Assembly: GCF_002075285.3 (NCBI RefSeq) | Contig: NZ_CP021983.2 | Coordinates: 5,010,001 to 5,042,000 of the forward strand | DNA from: Halomicronema hongdechloris C2206 | GTDB lineage: Bacteria > Cyanobacteriota > Cyanobacteriia > Phormidesmidales > Phormidesmidaceae | DNA length: 32,000 nt | Reading direction: 5' to 3' | In this document: positions 27,473 through 32,000 of the stretch, one piece after another | How positions within the stretch are numbered: position 1 is the stretch's first letter | Layout of the letters: each line of letters begins with the position of its first letter | Notes under the pieces: generated by a model | What the model was told of the DNA's origin: nothing | Databases searched by the model: none | The model's input: only the letters and a program-made list of their open reading frames with translations | Position numbers and translations under genes: made by a program

Positions 27473-28062
27473 GAAATCTCGCGTCGACCTTCTATAGCCC
27501 GGGCTAGGGTGACTTCATCGGCGTATTCTAGATCGCCCCCCATGGGCAGGCCAAAGGCGATGCGGGTAACCCGGGTGAGGGATTTCAGCAGCTGAGCGAT
27601 GTATAGGGTCGTGGTATCGCCTTCGATGCTGGGGCTGATGGCGATAATCACTTCTTTGATGCCCTCTTTGTGCACCCGATGCACCAGGGGGCCGATGTGC
27701 AGTTGCTCGGGACCAATGCCATCCATAGGGGAAATCAGACCACCAAGGACATGGTATTTGCCTTTATATTCTCGGGTTTTCTCCAGGGCAATGACGTCGC
27801 GGGCGTCGGCCACGACGCAGAGGGTGTGCTGGTCGCGGCTGGGGGCGCGGCAGATGTCGCAGACTGGCGCGGCAGATAGATTGAAGCAAATGGAGCAATG
27901 GCCGATTTGGGCCTTGGCGTCGATCAGGGCCTGGGCTAGGGCTTGCACCTCCGAGGTGGGGCGCTTGAGTAGATGCAGGGCCAAGCGCTGGGCAGTCTTT
28001 GGGCCAACGCCCGGTAGGCGCTGCAGTTCTTCGATCAGTCGGGCCAGGGGGCGAGCGTAAAT
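27469..28062 (-). CDS. recR: recombination protein RecR (apparent ATT start)
   Basis: The track ORF starts at TTG 27984, inside the conserved helix-hairpin-helix. The same frame stays open upstream and encodes [35 protein letters not shown], the RecR N-terminus. Then come the Cys4 motif [12 protein letters not shown] and Toprim. The only plausible initiator is ATT 28060-28062, 8 nt after GGAGGA (28071-28076). Confidence 0.85.
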   Translation of the reverse strand: MYARPLARLIEELQRLPGVGPKTAQRLALHLLKRPTSEVQALAQALIDAKAQIGHCSICFNLSAAPVCDICRAPSRDQHTLCVVADARDVIALEKTREYKGKYHVLGGLISPMDGIGPEQLHIGPLVHRVHKEGIKEVIIAISPSIEGDTTTLYIAQLLKSLTRVTRIAFGLPMGGDLEYADEVTLARAIEGRREIS

Positions 28063-28121
28063 GGGGATAATCCTCCGATGGGCAGGCGACTATAATTATC
28101 GAGTGCTCTGGTCGTGCTGGC

Positions 28122-28982
28122 CTAGGCTGGGCTGGCCTGCAGTAGCCGAAACCGATTGCGGCCCCGCTGCTGGGCTTGGTCTAGGGCTGTCTTAGCGGTG
28201 GTTAGTAGGATGGTGGCATCGACAGGCTTGTCGGCAGATGCGATCGCACCGCCGACACTCACCTGCACTGATACCGAGGTACCATCGGCTAAGGCGATGG
28301 GCTGTGTCGTCAACGCCTGCTGTAGGGCCTCTCCATAGCGGGACGTCTCACGGGTATCCAGACCCGGCGTCGTGCAGGCAAACTGGCCCTGGCCATCACT
28401 GTATAGCCAGGAGTCGATTAGGGCCTCATGCTGCAGCCGCTGAGCCACTTGTCCCCAAAACGATGGGCCTAAGCTAGGGGGCTGGGTCGGCTCCACCTGC
28501 AGCAATAACAGACTGAGGGATTGATAGCGACTGTCCTGGGAACGGCTCTGACGCCGCTGCAGCAAGGAGGTCGCCGCCTGTTGCAGGGCTTGCTGATGCA
28601 ATAGCGCCGTGGTGGGCTCGATCAGCCCTAGGGCCTCCAGTAAATCGTGATAGCTATCCCGCACCGACTGAATCTTGTGGGTTTGGCTAGCCATCTGCTG
28701 ATCCTTCTCTTGCACCTGGGTCACCAATTCATCTGTCTGCTGCTTGATCCGAGCAGTGCGCCAGCCCCGGCGCACAATCGCGGGGATTGAGACCAGCAGC
28801 CCCACCAGCACGCCAATAGCCAGAGTGGCCAGTAGCACTAAAGCCAGAGACTGTTCATACCGCCAAACCAGCAGGTTAATCGTGACCAGATTATTATTCT
28901 GCAGCGCAAACAGGATGGCCAAAAAGGCGATGACCAGAGCCGAGATGACGAATAAACGCATGGACAGCCAGGGAGACGACAC
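28122..28982 (-). CDS. membrane protein: LapA-like (DUF1049) two-helix N-terminus, coiled coil, degenerate GGDEF domain
   Basis: FVISALVIAFLAILFALQNNNLVTINLLVWRYEQSLALVLLATLAIGVLVGLLVS resembles LapA_dom. The C-terminus ...VSVGGAIASADKPVDATILLTTAKTALDQAQQRGRNRF resembles the end of a GGDEF domain, but the GGDEF position reads SDGQGQF. Start is GTG 28982 or ATG 28961. Confidence 0.55.
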   Translation of the reverse strand: MSSPWLSMRLFVISALVIAFLAILFALQNNNLVTINLLVWRYEQSLALVLLATLAIGVLVGLLVSIPAIVRRGWRTARIKQQTDELVTQVQEKDQQMASQTHKIQSVRDSYHDLLEALGLIEPTTALLHQQALQQAATSLLQRRQSRSQDSRYQSLSLLLLQVEPTQPPSLGPSFWGQVAQRLQHEALIDSWLYSDGQGQFACTTPGLDTRETSRYGEALQQALTTQPIALADGTSVSVQVSVGGAIASADKPVDATILLTTAKTALDQAQQRGRNRFRLLQASPA

Positions 28983-29120
28983 AGGGCAAACAGGACTTAA
29001 GAGCCACCTTGCACCGGTCAGGCACCAGGCGACTCCGGGCCTCCTTCATCCTACTGCGAATCCTAGCCGGGGTTGTCACCCCAGGTGGCACTGCCAAGAC
29101 CTGGAGAATGGTGACCGTCC

Positions 29121-29816
29121 CTAATGATTTTTGGGCAACCGTCGCCGTTTAGCCACAGCCATCCCCGAGCGCCCCTTGAACTGGCTGATGGCAGCATGGG
29201 CCGCTTGCACGACATCGGCATTGGCATCCTGCAAAGCCCGGCGTAACCAGGGCAGCGCCCGTCTGGAGCGAAGTCGCCCCAAGGCTTCTACCGTGACCCG
29301 TCGCACCTGGGGATCTGGGTCGCGGCTGAGTCGTTTCAGAAGGGGGAGACACTGCTGACGGTCCTGGGGCGGGTAGACGGCTACGGCTTCTGATAAGGTA
29401 GCCGCTACTTGCTGCCGGAGGTGAGCGTCGTCGGCATAGCTGGCCGCGGTCAGCTCGGCTAAGGGCGTGGTGACTGAGACTGGCAGAGTTGTCGAGGGGG
29501 AAGCAGCTGGAGCCGAGGCTGGAGTCGGGGTCGCAGCAGTCGCCGCCGAGGCTGGGGGAGAGGCCGATGCAGATGGGGCGGTAGCGACCGCGGTAGCTGG
29601 GTCAGAGGCTAAGCGGGCTTCGTAGTCCCATCGTAGCCGTTCAGTTGCCACCTGCAGACGATGCTCATGCTCCCGTTCCAGCTGGTCCAAGCGGCGCTGT
29701 TGCCGTTGCAAGGTAGCCGCTTGCCGCCGAATCGTTGCCTGTTGCAGCCAGTAGACTATGGCGGCCGCCAGCACTGCCCCGATCACAATCCCGAGAATGA
29801 ACCCACCGATACCCAT
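29121..29816 (-). CDS. membrane-anchored coiled-coil / Ala-Pro linker / HEAT-repeat protein
   Basis: N-terminal TM helix GIGGFILGIVIGAVLAAAIVYWL, coiled-coil LQRQQRRLDQLEREHEHRLQVATERLRWDYEARL, an A/P/S/T-rich linker, and PBS-lyase-type HEAT repeats (LLKRLSRDPDPQVRRVTVEALGRL...LRRALQDANADVVQAAHAAI). Confidence 0.6.
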   Translation of the reverse strand: MGIGGFILGIVIGAVLAAAIVYWLQQATIRRQAATLQRQQRRLDQLEREHEHRLQVATERLRWDYEARLASDPATAVATAPSASASPPASAATAATPTPASAPAASPSTTLPVSVTTPLAELTAASYADDAHLRQQVAATLSEAVAVYPPQDRQQCLPLLKRLSRDPDPQVRRVTVEALGRLRSRRALPWLRRALQDANADVVQAAHAAISQFKGRSGMAVAKRRRLPKNH

Positions 29817-29904
29817 ACTGTTATCCTGCTCCGTTACGCGCGTGATCCTTAGCGTTTTGCCCTACAGAGATGAAAACTGCTCTGAGACGGTCGCGACTGA
29901 CTCC

Positions 29905-30666
29905 CTACTCTGGAGAATTGGGGTCTTCCAGGTCAAGGGTCTCATCGGACTCCCCCCAGGACTGAGTCTTGAGGATGTCGTCGAGGTCAGCACTGTCATT
30001 TAGGGCCGGGGGAGGTGGTGATGACTCAGCCTCCGGGGAGGTCGTTGGCGTCATGGGGTTGGGGCGCTGGGTCAGTTGCATCAACCGGTTGGCATAGTCA
30101 TGCTCTAGATCGTCGATACGTTGGGTCAACCGCTGATGATATTGCTCCAGCTGTTGGGAAAGTTTCTGGTCATATTCCTGTTGCAGCTGCTGCTTGAAGG
30201 TGGCTAAGGTTTCCGGATCAGAGCGGGCAGGGGCCTGGCTTGCTGCCTCGGGTTGTCCCATCGACAGGGCCTGCAATCGGGCTTCGTAGGCTTCCTCTAA
30301 CTGAGCGCTACGCTGAGCCAGCTGATCCTGATAGTGCTCAATTTTTTGGGCCAACCGCTGTTCATAATCTGCCTGTAGGGTCTGAGTGGCTACCTGTAGC
30401 TTTTGCTTCAGCTGTTGTTCATAGGCTTGCTGTAGTCTACGGGCGGCTTCCCGCAATCGGGCTTCGTACTGTTGCTTCAGGGAGTCTTCCGCCGGAGATG
30501 GGGCCGAGGGTGGAGGGGAGGAGGACTCCGAGGTCGGGCGATCAGCCTGCTGCAATACCACAGCCCGGGCTTCATATTCACTCTCTAGGCCAGAGAGGCG
30601 TTGGGTCATTTCGTCTTGGTAACGCTCGATGGTGGCTTGCAGCCTGCGGTCATAGTCGGCTTGCAA
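29905..30666 (-). CDS. coiled-coil repeat protein (body of a longer gene whose 5' part lies in other frames)
   Basis: 253-aa TTG ORF with three to four copies of a unit of about 40 aa (LQADY(D/E).RL...IE.YQD....QR...LE..YEARL), separated by Pro/Ser-rich linkers, and an acidic tail. Confidence 0.6.
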   Translation of the reverse strand: MQADYDRRLQATIERYQDEMTQRLSGLESEYEARAVVLQQADRPTSESSSPPPSAPSPAEDSLKQQYEARLREAARRLQQAYEQQLKQKLQVATQTLQADYEQRLAQKIEHYQDQLAQRSAQLEEAYEARLQALSMGQPEAASQAPARSDPETLATFKQQLQQEYDQKLSQQLEQYHQRLTQRIDDLEHDYANRLMQLTQRPNPMTPTTSPEAESSPPPPALNDSADLDDILKTQSWGESDETLDLEDPNSPE

Positions 30667-30718
30667 CTGCTCGCGGTCGCTTGGCGTAACCGCGCGTCGT
30701 GTTCGATTTCTAACTGAT

Positions 30719-30865
30719 CTAGGTGTTGCTGGCGCTGGCGCAGGGCTTTGTTGGCTGGTGAATGCGCCGTTGCCGTAGCAACGGCCCTAGGATCAAGCCC
30801 AGTAAGAATCCGATCAAGGCACCAATTAGGCCGCCGATCAAGATCGATTGCGGGGGGAGCGTCAT
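30719..30865 (-). pseudogene. detached N-terminal TM segment of the coiled-coil gene
   Basis: ATG 30863-30865 is preceded by AGGAGA. MTLPPQSILIGGLIGALIGFLLGLILGPLLRQRR parallels the TM start of the 29121-29816 paralogue. The continuation ANKALRQRQQHLDQLEIEHDARLRQA is in a second frame and REQLQADYDRRL in a third. Confidence 0.55.
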
Positions 30866-31199
30866 GACTTGTCTCCTATGGTGAGTAGGGCGATGGCCCC
30901 TCCGAGCTAGTTTAGGGCGACGCCAAGGACCTTCGCATCGAGGACAACCGCCTAGGGCCGACACAATGGTTGACGACCATGATATATGGTGTCGGGGCAG
31001 ACATCTCGTTTCGCTGTAAACAGATGTTGCAACGCCCCTGGGGGGTAGAATCCCCCAGCTCAGGTTCATTGACCCGGTTGGGGGGAGAGTTCGGTGGGGT
31101 GGCCGTGGGTAGAGCCAGCCATATCTTCTACAATGACCAATACAACGGTTTAGCTAGGTTGCCTAGCCCTGGTTTAACGTGTTGTCGCTGTGGTTGCCC

Positions 31200-31823
31200 A
31201 TGCCCATCTTTTCAGAGTCCCTGCGTACCGATGTGTTGACATGGTTAGAGACCCATGTACCTGAGGCGCGGCGACATCACATCCTGCGGGTCGAGGCCAT
31301 GGCCAGACAACTGGCGGCAGACCATGGCGTAGACCAAGAGCGGGCGGCCTGGGCCGGAGTACTACACGATTTAGCCAAATGTTTCCAGCCGGCGCGGCTA
31401 TTGGCGATGGCCCGAGCCGCAGGGTTGCCTCTAGATCCTGTTGATGAGGCCAATCCCCATTTGCTCCATGCCGAAGTGGGGGCGATAGTCGCCCGAGACC
31501 GTTTTGGCGTGACGGATAGTCAGGTGTTGGCAGCCATTGCCAACCACACCTTGGGCCGACCCGGTATGGATGCCCTCAGCTGTGTGGTGTTCCTGGCAGA
31601 TAGCTTGGAGCCGGGTCGGGGAGACTCTCCGCAGCTACGGCGACTACGACAGCTCAGCCATCAGAATCTGGTGGCGGCGGTGGCCCAAACCTGCGACGAG
31701 TCTATCCGGAAGTTAATCGACAAACACCGTTTGATTCATCCCCGCACTGTACTGACCCGTAACTGGTTCTGGCAAGCGAGTCGCCAGTCTACTTTGCTGC
31801 CCTCAGCCTGGCTTTCAGCCTAG
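31200..31823 (+). CDS. yqeK: HD-domain bis(5'-nucleosyl)-tetraphosphatase YqeK
   Basis: RRHHILRVEAMARQLAADHGVDQERAAWAGVLHDLAKCF and the second His cluster LLHAEVGA, with FLADSLEPGR. ATG at 31200; the track ORF starts at 31179. It is followed by rsfS, as in the common yqeK-rsfS arrangement. Confidence 0.8.
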   Translation: MPIFSESLRTDVLTWLETHVPEARRHHILRVEAMARQLAADHGVDQERAAWAGVLHDLAKCFQPARLLAMARAAGLPLDPVDEANPHLLHAEVGAIVARDRFGVTDSQVLAAIANHTLGRPGMDALSCVVFLADSLEPGRGDSPQLRRLRQLSHQNLVAAVAQTCDESIRKLIDKHRLIHPRTVLTRNWFWQASRQSTLLPSAWLSA

Positions 31824-31867
31824 TGAGGATTCTTTGTTTACCCTGTCTCTGAGGATATTGCCTGTCT

Positions 31868-32000
31868 ATGAACGATTCCGTCAACACCCTGTCTAATCCG
31901 TCCTCCCGGCCTAATCGCGATGATGCGGCCTGGAATTTGGCCTGTGCGATCGCACAGGCTGCTGACGAACGCAAGGGGGCTGACATTGTCCTAGTCAACG
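31868..32000 (+). CDS. rsfS: ribosome silencing factor RsfS, N-terminal part (runs off the right edge)
   Basis: Not in the ORF track. ATG 31868 gives MNDSVNTLSNPSSRPNRDDAAWNLACAIAQAADERKGADIVLVN. The A..AA.(D/E)(R/K)K..DI.(V/L)(L/V) pattern and the position after yqeK fit RsfS/iojap. Confidence 0.65.
   Translation, partial: MNDSVNTLSNPSSRPNRDDAAWNLACAIAQAADERKGADIVLVN

Noticed and set aside
27599-28060. A 153-aa plus-strand ORF opposite recR.
   Set aside because: It is antisense to the fully conserved RecR frame and has no motifs.
30240-30689. A 149-aa plus-strand ORF opposite the coiled-coil gene.
   Set aside because: It is the antisense frame of a Gln/Glu/Leu/Arg-rich repeat gene. Such frames are stop-poor by composition.
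1-32000. Search for CRISPR arrays, IS elements, transposases, integrases, phage genes or toxin-antitoxin pairs that could explain the decayed 18-31 kb region as a mobile island.
   Set aside because: I saw no spaced direct repeats of 25-40 nt, no DDE/tyrosine/serine recombinase-like ORFs and no terminal inverted repeats. The one tRNA (4578-4662) is 13 kb from the damaged region.

Overview
This is a cyanobacterial chromosomal segment. I located at least 16 perfect HIP1 octamers (GCGATCGC) by eye, and the window carries a photosystem I cluster, psaF-psaJ-psaL. From 1 to about 18 kb the genes are ordinary and intact: a dienelactone-hydrolase fragment, an orphan CcmK-like BMC-H shell protein, a PlmA-type GntR regulator, an M48 peptidase, murA, tRNA-Leu(CAG), a TrmH-family methyltransferase, lpdA-trpC, psaL/psaJ/psaF, tsaD, tag, a futA-futC iron ABC pair, chrA and a flavin monooxygenase. 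From about 18 to 31 kb the content is more accessory, and an unusual share of recognisable genes is damaged. An rluA-type gene has lost its catalytic core in frame. recJ has at least four frame breaks in its 5' end plus a substituted DHH patch. A TetR gene survives only as a C-terminal stub. An rhtA-like transporter carries a compensating +1/-1 pair. A Zn-ribbon Ser/Thr kinase-WD40 gene is split by a -1. recR has no canonical start codon. A TM/coiled-coil gene has two -1 events. I cannot tell assembly error from real decay without reads. Other points of interest are a tandem pair of uncharacterised membrane-anchored coiled-coil paralogues next to a LapA/degenerate-GGDEF protein, purine-rich heptamer-periodic intergenic tracts (a strong G-quadruplex motif, a (GTGAAGA)5 microsatellite and a shared 20-mer), and a Fur-box-like site plus tandem 15-mers upstream of futA. 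I saw no rRNA, CRISPR array, transposase or integrase.
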